64,000 nucleotides of DNA. Source: Octopus vulgaris. Taxonomy: Eukaryota. The position numbers and the translations under genes were made by a program. The DNA lies in the NCBI GenBank assembly GCA_951406725.2, contig OX597815.1:44640001-44704000 (forward strand), in the 5' to 3' direction. Below are positions 12,635 to 29,611 of this stretch, in pieces. A model generated the notes under the pieces. That model was not told where the DNA came from. It ran no database searches and saw only the letters and a list, made by a program, of their open reading frames with translations. Position 1 is the first letter of the stretch. Every line of letters begins with the position of its first letter.

Positions 12635-12907
12635 GTGGAGGCGCAATGGCCCAGTGGTTAGGGCAGCGGACTCGCGGTCGGAGGATCGCGGTTTCGATCG
12701 GGCGTTGTGTGTGTTTATTGAGCGACGTCCCCTGAGTGACGTCCCCTGTTGTACTCTTTTGCCCCAACTTTCTCTCACTGTTTCTTAAGTAACGCTGCGA
12801 TGGACTGGCGTCCCGTCCAGCTGGTGGGGAACACATACGGTACAAAAACCGGGAAACCGGGCCCATGAGCCTGGCTAGGCTTGAAAAAGGGCGCATAAAT
12901 AATAATA
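12635..12907 (+). mobile_element. tRNA-derived SINE (family A) with TSD
   Basis: GGAGGCGCAATGGCCCAGTGGTTAGGGCAGCGGACTCGCGG head, flanked by the direct repeat AATATAGGGTGTT (12622-12634 and 12908-12920). Confidence 0.85.
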
Positions 12908-13549
12908 AATATAGGGTGTTACAAATAGACATTTTGGATATGTACTCGAAATGATGCGTCATATTACCTTGTTGTTTAAGCCCCACCGTCGGTTGTACTA
13001 TCTTACTGTACTATCCTAGGGTAATGTATTCTGGTAGAGACCAGCAGTCGATTATATCGACCATAGCATTTAAATGATCCTTTATTTTTCGACTCCAAGA
13101 AGGTTAAAAATCAAGTTTGATGACAAAGAGATTTGAACTCAAAGCTTGAAACATCGGAGCCAATTTGCTCGACGACCTTGAAATTTCATTATTACAAGGT
13201 CTTTTTATATCACTGGATTAGAGGTCAAATGATTGCAACAACATGCTTTTTTATGGGGTAGAAGCAATTATTTCTTGTTGAAAGTGAAGCACAATTTGAA
13301 TGCTAAAATCGAATTGAACTTCTATATTCTGTTGAGTGTATTTTCTGTTGAAAGTATTTACTTTCTTTTTCTTTTTGTTTTTTGATTTTCTTTTTCTTTT
13401 TGTTTTTTGATGACTGATTTTGGAGAAAGAGCCAGTACACAAGACATTCGAGATAACTGAGCTTAATGCCAAAAAGTTCTATTTAAAAAGTTGCAAGTAA
13501 AAATCTCGCATGAAACGCATAAGAATATAAGACTTTACAGGCAACCGAT

Positions 13550-14060
13550 GTTGTGAGGAGGAAGGGATAGCCATAGGAACTGGCCATATGCATTAGTGCA
13601 GGACCACCTGAAGGAGGGTGCACACAATAAGAGTGATGAATGATGGAGAACCGAGTTGGTCAGGGGTGTGTGAAAGGAGGAGTTAAAAGACCATCCAGAA
13701 GACTAGAGACCCTTATAGTAGCAATAGAAAAAAACAGAGAGAAGAAACTTTGCATATGTGGGGCACAGTTGGAACGTGTCTTTTGAGTAATTTAATGTTA
13801 ATTAGTCTAGTAGTCCTTCTCACGATGGAGTCTAAGGTGTATGAGCAGCAGGACCTTCTCATATGTCGAGGCAACAGTCCATTGTGGACCTCTCTTGAAC
13901 TTTATATAGTGTCAGAAATTGATGGATGCTGAAATATATTCTACTTCTAAAGAGTTTTAGAGATGTGTTCCTGACTATACCAAGAATATGCTTTCACCAG
14001 ACGAGATCTTTCTTTAGTGATAGTGAAGCCCAGCATTTTGGGTGGCTGTAAAGTGTCCAG
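13550..14060 (-). pseudogene. Decayed LINE reverse transcriptase C-terminal remnant (CR1/Jockey-like)
   Basis: Minus-strand frames give LGFTITKDLVW.KHI...SLKL.FRSRIYFS..QFLTLYK.Q, resembling LGxxxxxDLSWxxHI...KLxxLFRxRxYF..QLLxLYKAQ. Duplicated at about 19150-19580. Confidence 0.55.
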
Positions 14061-14319
14061 CTGAGCGTCAGCATAAAATAAACTGTAAACATTATCACAA
14101 GTTATCCAGCTTTCCTCTTCATGCATGTATTTATTAACGTATTTCACCGTTAGCATATAACAACATTATCACCCCCACAGAGCCACATACAGCTATTATT
14201 TCGATTAATGATTATTGTATCATACTTCTAAGATTCCTGCCAAATCGAAATTATTTCCTGGACTTCCTAGCAGTACTAATAGATATTAGATGTTAGATAT
14301 TTTCTTTACTGTTCAGGAT

Positions 14320-14960
14320 ATTGGAAAAAATTTATGCTCGCTCAACAGCTCTAAGACCACAGAGCCAGACAAAATTCAATACTATTCCGCGAGGTTACTA
14401 ATTCACTATCTACAACTTATATTTGATTATTCTGCTAATTATTTAATCAAGATCTAATCCTTGCCGAATAGAGGCCCGTCGTTTGTGTGGCAATCAACAA
14501 AATAAAATGTATCAAAATAATGTAATAATTTTAATGTTAATAGCTTTAGACCTTTCTCAATTACCTGAAACTACTAGTGCGTTTAGTCAATGATAAAAGG
14601 TTAGATTTCTTACGCTCCAATAATCTGATTTATTCTGCTCAATTTGAATTAAAACCTCACCACGCAACAAAAGAGCAATTCAGCTTATCTATTCACCAAA
14701 TTGTTGTCTGAACTTGTAAATTAAAAACCTCTAACTTCGCAATTTATGTTGATTTGGTTTCAGTTTTTGATGCTCTACGCTATTATTAGCTATCATGCAA
14801 ACTTCATTGGGGAAGGGAAACCATAATAGTCTTTTCAAAATAATTTAGTATCTTTCTTCCCAGAGCGTCAGTAATAACTTCTCTGATTTACGTGCCGTTA
14901 CAGCTCGTATTCCCCAGAGCAACATTGTTGCCTTAACCTTATTTCATTTAATTATTTAGG
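14320..14960 (+). pseudogene. Highly decayed LINE reverse transcriptase remnant
   Basis: Motif relics in the expected order: NSSKTTEPDKI (K-S-x-GPD-x-I), SFRPFSIT (NYRPIS), VDLVSVFDAL (DxxKAFD), RIPQSNIVALTLF (GVPQGSxLGPxLF). Duplicated at about 19860-20500. Confidence 0.55.
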
Positions 14961-15103
14961 TCAAGACTGATTCATATTGGCCCTTATTCATTAGTTTCTT
15001 CTAACACTTAATGAAATGGCTAAATCTATTCTGATGTCTCGGTTTATGCAATCACACGGCGTCAATATCATTATTAATAGTGAATTGCAGATTGGGCAAA
15101 ACA

Positions 15104-15570
15104 TACAGATTGTTCGGGTTAAATCTGACGAATGTGTGTTGCCTTTCTTTTCAGGAAGAGCTTGCTATATTGGTAAACAATCAACAGCGTTGGAGAGCAT
15201 AAAGATTAAAGTTGTAGTTGAGAAAAAATTAGCTGACATGGAAGACTGGAAGCCATCAGAATATTGGAGAAGAGATACCTGCATCATGATGATTTGCGGC
15301 GGGTATCAAAATGCCGACATCTTGACTGCTGCACGGTGCTCTGTGAACGCTGAAAATGTTGTAAGGTGTGACATTGTCAGGGACACAGCAGGTGTTCTAA
15401 CTGGATCCACCACCCCCCACTTCTTTGGATAGGGCCTTGGATAAATTCAGACGTCTATGTGAAACAGCTGGAGACTGTGGTCAAATTGTGGCTGAAAAAT
15501 GTTACTGTTGGCTGTTCATATTTGTCACAGCAGGATTCGGCTTCTTGCCATACCCCGGAAAGATTACAGG
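15104..15570 (+). mobile_element. Internally deleted Tc1/mariner (maT/DD37D-like) transposon remnant
   Basis: N-terminal MEDWKPSEYWRRDTCIMMICGGYQNADILTAARCS, then in another frame PHFF.GL..NSDVYVKQLETVVKLWLKNV...QQDSASCHT, which is the second catalytic Asp motif (QQDxAPxH). Duplicated at about 20646-21113. Confidence 0.65.
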
Positions 15571-15671
15571 CAAGTTCACCGCCATCAATTCGCCGTGGAG
15601 AAAGTTCGCTGTGAAGACAGTTCACCGCGAGGAAAGTTTCGCGAGAAAATATCGCCATATTATCGTTTTTT

Positions 15672-15731
<60 letters not shown>

Positions 15732-15773
15732 AAGAGTGAGATAGAGAGAGAGAGATAGAAAGATAGATAGGTA

Positions 15774-16091
15774 TGTAAAGGTAAGGTACAAGTATCAAGG
15801 TGTAGGAAGTTAGTGAGCTTCAAGCAGTCCGTAGAAGATATAGAAAAAACAACTTTTAGGAACAATAGTGATTTATTGACGCAGACGGCTGTGAATTTTT
15901 CCCGTATCTAAGCACGATAAGCTCGAAAAGGGTTATTTTATAGTACACAGCTAGCAACTGGGGTTGCTGTATGGAATGGAGTAGATAAAAATCCAGGCTA
16001 GCGGAACCTCGGAAGTATTAATTATCCAAACGTGGATTAGACTACAAGCTACACTTAAGGACAAGGAAACCTTGATTATACGAAATTTACA
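15774..16091 (-). mobile_element. Solo-LTR-like element
   Basis: TGTAAA...TTTACA termini; the minus strand has TATAAAA followed by AATAAA. Duplicated at 21346-21663, with a diverged partial relative at 35455-35695. No TSD seen. Confidence 0.45.
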
Positions 16092-16136
16092 CTGTCGTTA
16101 GGAGATGCCGTGTTAACTCACATGCGATTCGAACGG

Positions 16137-17129
16137 TGTACTCTATTTTTTCGTTGTTTTAAAAAAAATGTCCATTTCCTTGGTTTCGTGTTTATGTTTT
16201 CGTTTCTCATTGTGTTCGACGTTTTTTTTGGTGTCCTGTACCCATATATGCATGTATATATACATGTAGAGGTAGGTACGTACATATATGTATGCATATA
16301 TTTTATTTATTAATTTATTATATGACAGAACGCACGCATCCCTTTCTAAGTAAGATTGTTCTTAATATTAATTGATGCGCACTCTTAACCTTTCGCTCCC
16401 CTCCCTTTCTCAACCTTCATTATTTGGGCTTTCCTTTTCTTCCACTTACTGTCTCTCTCTCTCTCTCTCATTCTTCATTCTTTTCTTTTTCTCTACCACC
16501 ATTCCCCTTCTTTTCTCTCTTTTCTCTCTTCTTTTCTCTCCCCTTCTCTTACTCCTCCTCCTCCCTCCCGTCGCGGTCACGTGATAAGACGGCTATTTCT
16601 GTCTTTTCTTTCTTGGACTCCGTCCAGTAGAGGGGTTAATGTGTTCTCTCTCGCGTCTCAAACAATAGCGTTCGTAAAAATTTTTTTATCTCGTTTGGCT
16701 TAACAGCCCTTCTTGTTTGTGCTACTGCTATTCTCCGTGTCCTGTGTTTATATTTTGTAATGTCGTTACTATCCTGTTTTTGTTACCATTTTTATCCCTC
16801 CGTAAAAAAATCTCAAATTTTATTTAATTTGATTTTCGCGGGAAGGAACATTTCATTGAAGACATGTATCGCCTTGACCTTCGAAACGTGGACTAGATGA
16901 AATTAAGGCGACTGAAGAAGGGGAATTTTCCTTGTTTTGTATGTCCTGTACTCTATTTTTTCGTTGTTTAAAAAAAATGTCCATTTCCTTGGTTTTGTGT
17001 TTATGTTTTCGTTTCTCATTGTGTTCGACGTTTTTGTGGTGTCCTGTACCCATATATGCATGTATATATACATGTAGAGGTAGGTACGTACATATATGTA
17101 TGTATATATGCATATATTTTATTTATTTA

Positions 17130-17135
<6 letters not shown>
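16137..17135 (+). mobile_element. Non-coding element with ~190-bp direct terminal repeats (~0.81 kb unit), PLE/retrozyme-like
   Basis: 16137-16318 recurs at 16948-17135, the element ends in (TA)n, and it contains an HHR-like motif at 16843-16933. Other copies at 21710-22711 and 34505-35378. Confidence 0.7.
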
Positions 17136-17175
<40 letters not shown>

Positions 17176-17180
<5 letters not shown>

Positions 17181-17657
17181 GTGACTCCAGGTCATCAGCG
17201 TCACTCGAGCTCATCATAGATTTCGCATAAGACACTCGAAGAATTTCACGTTTTTTTCGCTTTATTTCTAGCCCCAAATGGCTTATTTATATATCTAGCA
17301 CTATGTCTTTCTCCATATCTAACTTATGGGTAGAAATAAAACAACCCTGCAAAACACAACTGATCTTTACACAGGGTTAGAATAACGGCAATCAAATAAC
17401 AATAGCGGAGTGCACAACAAACATCACCGATCTGACTGTTACCTGTACTCCTGGCAAGAGATGCCAGTTAGTCTTTTATACCTACCAGGCTTGTCCGTAT
17501 TAGCCCGACTAGCTGGGTAATTTATAGATAACAATTCGGGCTGTAAATTCTGAGCCCGAATCAGGCGCGTGTGAGAACGTCCGCTACGAATGATAGTTTT
17601 TGGCTGAATTTATACTCGGGCTAAGCTCTAACAGCCCGAGTGCCGGAGTCGCCACTG
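17176..17657. mobile_element. MITE inserted in (TA)n
   Basis: Imperfect TIRs CAGAGGTGACTCCAGG / CCGGAGTCGCCACTG. Copies at 22743-23221, 29621-29890 (reverse, partial) and 43165-43623 (reverse). Confidence 0.7.
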
Positions 17658-17691
17658 ATACATACACACACACACAAATATATATATATAC

Positions 17692-17766
<75 letters not shown>

Positions 17767-19049
17767 CGTGTGTGTGTGGGGTATTTTGTGGAGTAGTTAG
17801 CTAACTACTCCTACACCGTTTTATCGATTTTGATGAAACTTGACTCGTGAGTAGAACACATGTCTGGAAACCTCATGACATACACAGGTTGTTGAAAAGT
17901 CGATAATAGTCCCCCTGGAAGGGATCCTTATATATAGCTAAGAGAAATAACCCATCCATTTTCCTAAATTATTTGGTATAAATCAATTTGAGTATGCTTA
18001 TTTCTTAGTATTTGAACTGTTTGAGTTATTTTCGCAATTTATCCAGTACAAGCCTTGAACGAGTAAATAATATTTTCCTAAGAAATTTGATCCATTTATT
18101 TAGGTTAGTGATTTATTCATGAATACATTAACACTAGCGCCGCTGAGGGTAATATTCCCTGGGAACTCACAAAACCCTTTTTCAGAGTTATCTACTTTGA
18201 ATTGTTATTATCTCATATCTGATTAGCCTGTTATTACGTAATATGCTTCACGCGACGGCGGTAATGTGATGGCGGTTTATGTTGTTGTTGTTGATGTTGT
18301 TGTTGCTCCTCTTTTGTTTCGTTGAGCTATAGTATGCAGTTGACTGAGTAAGTATTCCACACTTCTTTGAACATATTAATAAACTCTATTGTATGCTTTG
18401 AGTCATCATTTTGAACATCCGAACGAATATCTGTTTATCGCTATATTTCTGTGGAGGGTATTGTGCTGGCACTGAGAAGCAGCAAAATCCCTGAAATACG
18501 TACCTGTTGCTCTCGTGGTAACTTCTGAGTTTCTTGGGCGAATACGTATATAAAAGGATTTTTTCCTGGACGGAAACCGTAGCTTCTGTCTTTTCAACCA
18601 TACATATACATCAAGTATGTTATATTGATAACGTTTTTACTCTATACACTTATGAACGATGAAAATGTGGCAAAGAGATGGGGCCAGCAAAGGACACAAA
18701 TATTCTTCATCTTTCATCAGTTGTCAACCAAATACTATCACGGTGTAGACACATACACACATGTACATATACACACACGCATAAACATATATTCAGATAT
18801 ACACATGCATCATATAGGCGTGTATGGGTGCGTATGCGTTTCTATGTATGTTAATATTTATTGTTAACATGTTAGGTTTTAAAATATTGTAACTTCTTTA
18901 TTCCAGGTACATTAGATTGTCACATACGCACGAGGGAATGTGTAAACTTTAACAACTAAAACTACTAACGTACTATCAAACTACGAACAAGTGAAAGAGT
19001 TATCACTGGCATCAACGACCAGTGTTTAAATAGAAGTCAGTATGGAAAC

Positions 19050-19149
19050 NNNNNNNNNNNNNNNNNNNNNNNNNNNNNNNNNNNNNNNNNNNNNNNNNNN
19101 NNNNNNNNNNNNNNNNNNNNNNNNNNNNNNNNNNNNNNNNNNNNNNNNN
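19050..19149. other. Assembly gap (100 N)
   Basis: Run of N. Confidence 0.99.
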
Positions 19150-21215
19150 ATGATGAATGATGGAGAACCGAGTTGGTCAGGGGTGTGTGAAAGGAGTTAA
19201 AAGACCAGCCAGAAGACTAGAGACCCTTATAGTAGCAATAGAAAAAAACAGAGAGAAGAAACTTTGCATATGTGGCACAGTTGGAACGTGTCTAGTAATT
19301 TAATGTTAATTAGTCTAGTAGTCCTTCTCACGATGGAGTCTAAGGTGTATGTGTACGTAGCAGCAGGACCTTCTCAGATGTCATAGCAGAACTTTCTCAT
19401 ATGTCGAGGCAACAGACCATTGTGGACCTCTCTTGAACTTTATATAGTGTCAGAAATTGATGGATGCTGAAATATATTCTACTTCTAAAGAGTTTTAGAG
19501 ATGTGTTCCTGACTATACTAAGAATATGCTTTCACCAGACGAGATCCTTCTTTAGTGATAGTGAAGCCCAGCATTTTGGGTGGCTGTGAAGTGTCCAGCT
19601 GAGCGTCACCATAAAATAAACTGTAAACATTATCACAAGTTATCCAGCTTTCCTCTTCATGCATGTATTTATTAACGTATTTCACCGTTAGCATATAACA
19701 ACATTATCACCCCCACAGAGCCACATACAGCTATTATTTCGATTAATGATTATTGTATCATACTTCTAAGATTCCTGCCAAATCGAAATTATTTCCTGGA
19801 CTTCCTAGCAGTACTAATAGATATTAGATGTTAGATATTTTCTTTACTGTTCAGGATATTGGAAAAAATTTATGCTCGCTCGACAGCTCTAAGACCACAG
19901 AGCCAGACAAAATTCAATACTATTTCGCGAGGTTACTAATTCACTATCTACAACTTATATTTGATTATTCTGCTAATTATTTAATCAAGATCTAATCCTT
20001 GCCGAATAGAGGCCCGTCGTTTGTGTGGCAATCAACAAAATAAAAAATGTATCAAAATAATGTAATAATTTTAATGTTAATAGCTTTAGACCTTTCTCAA
20101 TTACCTCAAACTACTAGTGCGTTTAGTCAATGATAAAAGGTTAGATTTCTTACGCTCTAATAATCTGATTTATTCTGCTCAATTTGAATTACAACCTCAC
20201 CACGCAACAAAAGAGCAATTCAGCTTATCTATTCACCAAATTGTTGTCTGAACTTGTAAATTAAAAACCTCTAACTTCGCAATTTATGTTGATTTGGTTT
20301 CAGTTTTTGATGCTCTACGCTATTATTAGCTATCATGCAAACTTCATTGCTTGAGGGAAACCATAATAGTCTTTTCAAAATAATTTAGTATCTTTCTTCC
20401 CGGAGAGCGTCAGTAATAACTTCTCTGATTTACGTGCCGTTACAGCTCGTATTTCCCAAAGCAACATTGTTGCCTTAACCTTATTTTATTTAATTATTTA
20501 GGTCAAGACTGATTCATATTGGCCCTTATTCATTAGTTTCTTCTAACACTTAATGAAATGGCTAAATCTATGCTGATGTCTCGGTTTATGCAATCACACG
20601 GCGTCAATATCATTATTAATAATGAATTGCAGATTGGGCAAAACATACAGATTGTTCGGGTTAAATCTGACGAATGTATGTTGCCTTTCTTTTCAGGAAG
20701 AGCTTGCTGTATTGGTAAACAATCAACAGCGTTGGAGAGCATAAAGATTAAAGTTGTAGTTGAGAAAAATTTAGCTGACATGGAAGACTGGAAGCCATCA
20801 GAATATTGGAGAAGAGATACCTGCATCATGATGATTTGCGCCGGGTATCAAAATGCTGACATCTTGACTGCTGCACGGTGCTCTGTGAACGCTGAAAATG
20901 TTGTAATGTTTGACATTGTCAGGGACACAGCAGGTGTTCTAACTGGATCCACCCCACTCCCCACTTCTTTGGACAGGGCCTTGGATAAATTCAGACGTCT
21001 ATGTGAAACAGCTGGAGACTGTGGTCAAATTGTGGCTGAAAAATGTTACGGTTGGCTGTTCATATTTGTCACAGCAGGATTCGGCTTCTTGCCATACCCC
21101 GGAAAGATTACAGGCAAGTTCACTGCCATCAATTCGCCGTGGAGAAAGTTCGCTGTGAAGACAGTTCAACACGAGGAAGGTTTCGCGAGAAAATATCGCC
21201 ATATTATCGTTTGTT

Positions 21216-21295
<80 letters not shown>

Positions 21296-22705
21296 GCGAG
21301 ATAGAGAGAGAGAGAGAGAGAGAGAGATAGAAAGATAGATAGGTATGTAAAGGTAAGGTACAAGGATCAAGGTGTAGGAAGTTAGTGAGCTTCAAGCAGT
21401 CCGTAGAAGATATAGAAAACACAACTTTCAGGAACAATAGTGATTTATTGGCGCAGAAGGCTGTGAATTTTTCCCGTATCTAAGCACGATAAGCTCGAAA
21501 AGGGTTATTTTATAGTACACAGCTAGCAACTGGGGTTGCTGTATGGAATGGAGTAGATAAAAATCCAGGCTAGCGGAACCTCGGAAGTATTAATTATCCA
21601 AACGTGGATTAGACTGCAAGCTACACTTAAGGCCAAGGAAACCTTGATTATACGAAATTTACACTGTCGTTAGGAGATGCCGTGTTAACTCACAGGCGAT
21701 TCGAACGCTGTACTCTATTTCCTTGGTTTCGTGTTTATGTTTTCGTTTCTCATTGTGTTCAATGTTTTTTTGGTGTCCTGTACCCATATATGCATGTATA
21801 TATACATGTAGAGGTAGGCACGTACATATATGTATGTATATATGCATATATTTATTTATTTATTAATTTATTATATGACAGAACGCACGCATCCCTTTCT
21901 AAGTAAGATTGTTCTTAATATTAATTGATGCGCACTCTTAACCTTTCTCTCCCCTCCCTTTCTCAGCCTTCATTATTTGGGCTTTCCTTTTCTTCCACTT
22001 ACTGTCTCTCTCTCCCTCTCTCTCTCATTCTTCATTCTTTTCTTTTTCTCTACCACCATTCCCCTTCTTTTCTCTCTTCTTTCTTTTCTCTTTCTCTCTT
22101 CTTTTCTCCCCTTCTCTTACTCCTCCTCCTCCTCCCTCCCGTCGCGGTCACGTGATGAGATGGCTATTTCTGTCTTTTCTTTCCTGGACTCCGTCAAGTA
22201 GAGACGTTAATCTGTTCTCTCTACCGTCTCAAACAATAGCGTTCGTAAAAGAATTTTATCTCGTTTGGCTTCACAGCCCTTCTTGTTTGTGTTACTGTTA
22301 TTCTCCGTCCTGTCTTTCACTGTTTATATTTTGCACTGTCGTTACTATCCTGTTTTTGTTACCATTTTTACCCCTCCGCAAAAAAATCTCAAATTTTATT
22401 TAATTTGATTTTCGCGAGAAGGAAAATTTCATTGAAGACATGTATCGCCTTGACCTTCGAAACGTGGAGTAGATGAAATTAAGGCGACTGAAGAAGGGGA
22501 ATTTTCCTTGTTTTGTATGTCCTGTACTCTATTTTTTCGTTGTTTTAAAAAAATGTCCATTTCCTTGGTTTTGTGTTTATGTTTTCGTTTCTCATTGTGT
22601 TCGACGTTTTTTTTGTGTCCTGTACCCATATATGCATGTATATATACATGTAGAGGTAGGTACGTACATATATGTATGTATATATGCATATATTTTATTT
22701 ATTTA

Positions 22706-22747
<42 letters not shown>

Positions 22748-23237
22748 GTGACTTCAGGTCATCATCACTCGAGCTCATCATAGATTTCGCATAAGACACT
22801 CGAAGAATTTCACGTTTTTTTCGCTTTATTTCTAGCCCCAAATGGCTTATTTATATATCTAGCACTATGTCTTTCTCCATATCTAAGTTAAGGGTAGAAA
22901 TAAAACAACCCTGCAAAACACAACTGATCTTTACACAGGGTTAGAATAACGGCAATCAAATAACAATAGCGGAGTGCACAACAAACATCACCGATCTGAC
23001 TGTTACCTGTACTCCTGGCAAGAGATGCCAGTTAGTCTTTTATACCTACCAGGCTTGTCCGTATTAGCCCGAGTAGCTGGGTAATTTATAGATAACAATT
23101 CGGGCTGTAAATTCTGAGCCCGAATCAGGCGCGTGTGAGAACGTCCGCTACGAATGATAGTTTTTGGGTGAATTTATACTCGGGCTAAGCTCTAACAGCC
23201 CGAGTGCCGGAGTCGCCACCGATACACACACACACAC

Positions 23238-23314
<77 letters not shown>

Positions 23315-23341
23315 TGTGTGTGTGTATGTGTGTGTGTATGA

Positions 23342-23372
<31 letters not shown>

Positions 23373-24432
23373 TGTTTGTGGAGTTGTTAGCTAACTACTC
23401 CTACACCGTTTTATCGATTTTGATGAAACTTGACTCGTGAGTAGAACACATGTCTGGAAACCTCATGACATACACAGGTTGTTGAAAAGTCGATAATAGG
23501 CCCCCTGGAAGGGATCCTTATATATAGCTAAGGGAAATAAACCATCCAATTTCCTAAATTATTTGGTATAAATCAATTTGAGTATGCTTATTTCTTAGTA
23601 TTTGAACTGTTTGAGTTATTTTCGCAATTTATCCAGCACAAGCCTCGAACAAGTAAATAATATTTTCCTAAGAAAGTTGATCCATTTATTTAGGTTAGTG
23701 ATTTATTCACGAATGCATTAACACTAGCGCCCCTAAGGGTAATATTCCCTGGGAACTCACAAAAGCCTTTTTCAGAGTTATTTACTTTGAACTGTTATTA
23801 TCTCATATCTGATTAGCCTGTTATTACGTAATATGCTTCATGGCAACGGCGGTAATGTGATGGCAGTGGGGGCGGTTTATGTTGTTCTTGATGTTGTTGT
23901 TGCTCCTCTTTTGTTTCGTCGAGCTATAGTATGCAGTTGACTGAGTAAGTATTCCATGCGTTGAAAATTGAGGTTTCACTCTACCGCCACACGTCTTTGA
24001 ACATATTAATAAACTCTATTGTATGCTTTGAGTCATCATTTTGAACATCCGAACGAATATCTGTTTATCGCTATATTTCTGTGGAGGGGGTTGTGCTGGC
24101 ACTGAGAAGCAGCAAAAACGCTGAAATACGTACCTGTTGCTCTCGCGGTAACTTCTGAGTTTCTTGGGCGAATACGTATATAAAAGGATTTTTTCCTGGA
24201 CGGAAACCGTAGCTTCTGTCTTTTCAACCATACATATACATCAAGTATGTTATATTGATAACGTTTTTACTCTATACACTTATGAACGATGAAAATGTGG
24301 CAAAGAGATGGGGCCAGCAAAGGACACAAATATTCTTCATCTTTCATCAGTTGTCAGCCAAATTCTATCACGGTGTAGACACATGCACACATGTACATAT
24401 ACACACACGCATTAACATACAAACATTCAAAT

Positions 24433-27327
<2,895 letters not shown>

Positions 27328-28242
27328 TGGTTACCGACCATCTTTTTGCCTATGGATCCCCCTTGACTCCTATTTTACTCTGGTGGACCGCTGTACCCAT
27401 TCGATGTCTATATATTAAAAAAATCCCATTGTATTTTTATAATTAAATATTATTAGGAATTGTTTAAAAGTATAAAATATTTTGTGTATCATAGAAGCAA
27501 AGCAATTTATTGCACAGACATTTTAATATCGACCTCGGTGATATTTGAATTTATAATACAAAGACATGACGCTCATCATTTTGTCCGGGGTGCTAACGAT
27601 TCAGCCAGCCATCAGCCTTCCATTGGCTAATGATAATGAATTGCTTTAATATAAGCAGATGAGTTATCATTTAGGAAAAAAGCGAAATGGTCACAGTTGT
27701 AAATTCTTTGATAATAGGTTTGCTAACATAGGGTAAAAGTTAAAAAACCCCTTCAGTCATGAATGACCATATGATTGCACCTAGAATCTTCCTCTTCGTG
27801 GCACAGGTCCGAGTGAGGTTGTTTATAGAAGACCAGCGGTCACCCAAGCGTACCAGACTCTCCTCTCCACGCTACTGATGTTATCCAATGGATAGGCAAA
27901 GGCCGATAGAACTTGCACCTGTAACGTTGCAATTCATTTCTACAGCTGAATGAACTGGAGCAACAGGAAATTAAGTGTCTAGCTCAAGAACACAAGACAT
28001 AGCTCCGTACGGGTAACGAACTCACTACCGCATGATTGTGAGTTCGGTGCTCTAAACACTGAGCCATGCTAACATAGGACATTCATTTAAACTACAATTC
28101 TCACAGTTTCGAATACAGTGTGCGTGAGACTGAAAACTCCAGGCAGTCGAAAAAACTGACATTTGAGAGACTGCGTGAATCCCAAGTTTTCTAAGTGATG
28201 CTGACCAGTCTACAGTGCTTTATGCATAAAACTAGTGCACAC

Positions 28243-28290
<48 letters not shown>

Positions 28291-28593
28291 TATGTGAATA
28301 TATATGTATGCACATATTTATACACACATATTTACTTTATTTCACAAAATAATGTCGTGGGGAACAGTTTTGTCATCATTAATGATGGCAAGAGTGGTAA
28401 GGAAGAGCCCAACTCGATGCACAACAAATAGATCAAGGTAGTTAAATGGGAAAACATCAGTTTTCTCGCTGTATGCATAGTATACAGCATAAAAATATAT
28501 AAAAAGATAGTAATGACGCAATCCTCCTGATACAACAAATCTGTAGATAATAGTAATGTTTTATAAGCTTAAAGTTTATAAAATATTATTATT

Positions 28594-28650
<57 letters not shown>

Positions 28651-29246
28651 GAGGGGTTTCTTTCAGTTTCAGTCTATCAAATACACTCACAGGGCTTTGG
28701 TCGGTCCGAGGCTCTTGTTGGAGACACTTGACCAAGATGCCACGCTGTGGGAACGAACTCGGAACCATGTGCTTGGGAACCAAGCTTCTTACCACTCACC
28801 CACTCCTGTCTATGTCTATTGTTCTTTTCGGCTTTTGCCATAGCGAAATGATATAATTCATGGGGTGGGGGCGGAGTGGGGTGAAGAAACGATAGCTTAG
28901 ATCACCATCAACTTTTGGTTTGAAGTGGTTTATCGTCTTCAGATTGCTGAAACACAAGTTGACCTTGGAAGGATTCGCAATGAGATTGTAAAAGGAGGTG
29001 CCTCAAAAAACCTTCGACAGATTTTGTCTCGGCGCTCTACCACTTAAATATTTAAGTAAATTGAGACACTAACCCTATATCAGTTCTCACTTTTAAATAT
29101 CTTGTTCTCCAACAAACTACACCACTTACACGCTAATTGTGAGGATACTTGCCCTCGCTTCCTTGTATATAAAATTACAACCACCGGTAGCCGTCAGCAG
29201 ACGCAACGTCGGCATAACAAAGATACGAATAATTTTAAGAAATTAG

Positions 29247-29343
<97 letters not shown>

Positions 29344-29498
29344 CATACATACATATATACATGCATGCATGCACGCGCGCACACATACATACCTACATAC
29401 ATACACACACTTACACACATACACACATACATACATACATACATACATACATACATACACACATACATACATACATATATACATACATATATACATAC

Positions 29499-29611
<113 letters not shown>

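Noticed and set aside
12637-12710. tRNA gene
   Set aside because: A/B-box head of a SINE with TSD and tail; the cloverleaf is incomplete.
20558-21226. 222-aa ORF as a host gene
   Set aside because: Chance read-through of a deleted Tc1/mariner remnant. The QQD motif is in another frame and the duplicate at 15016 is frameshifted.
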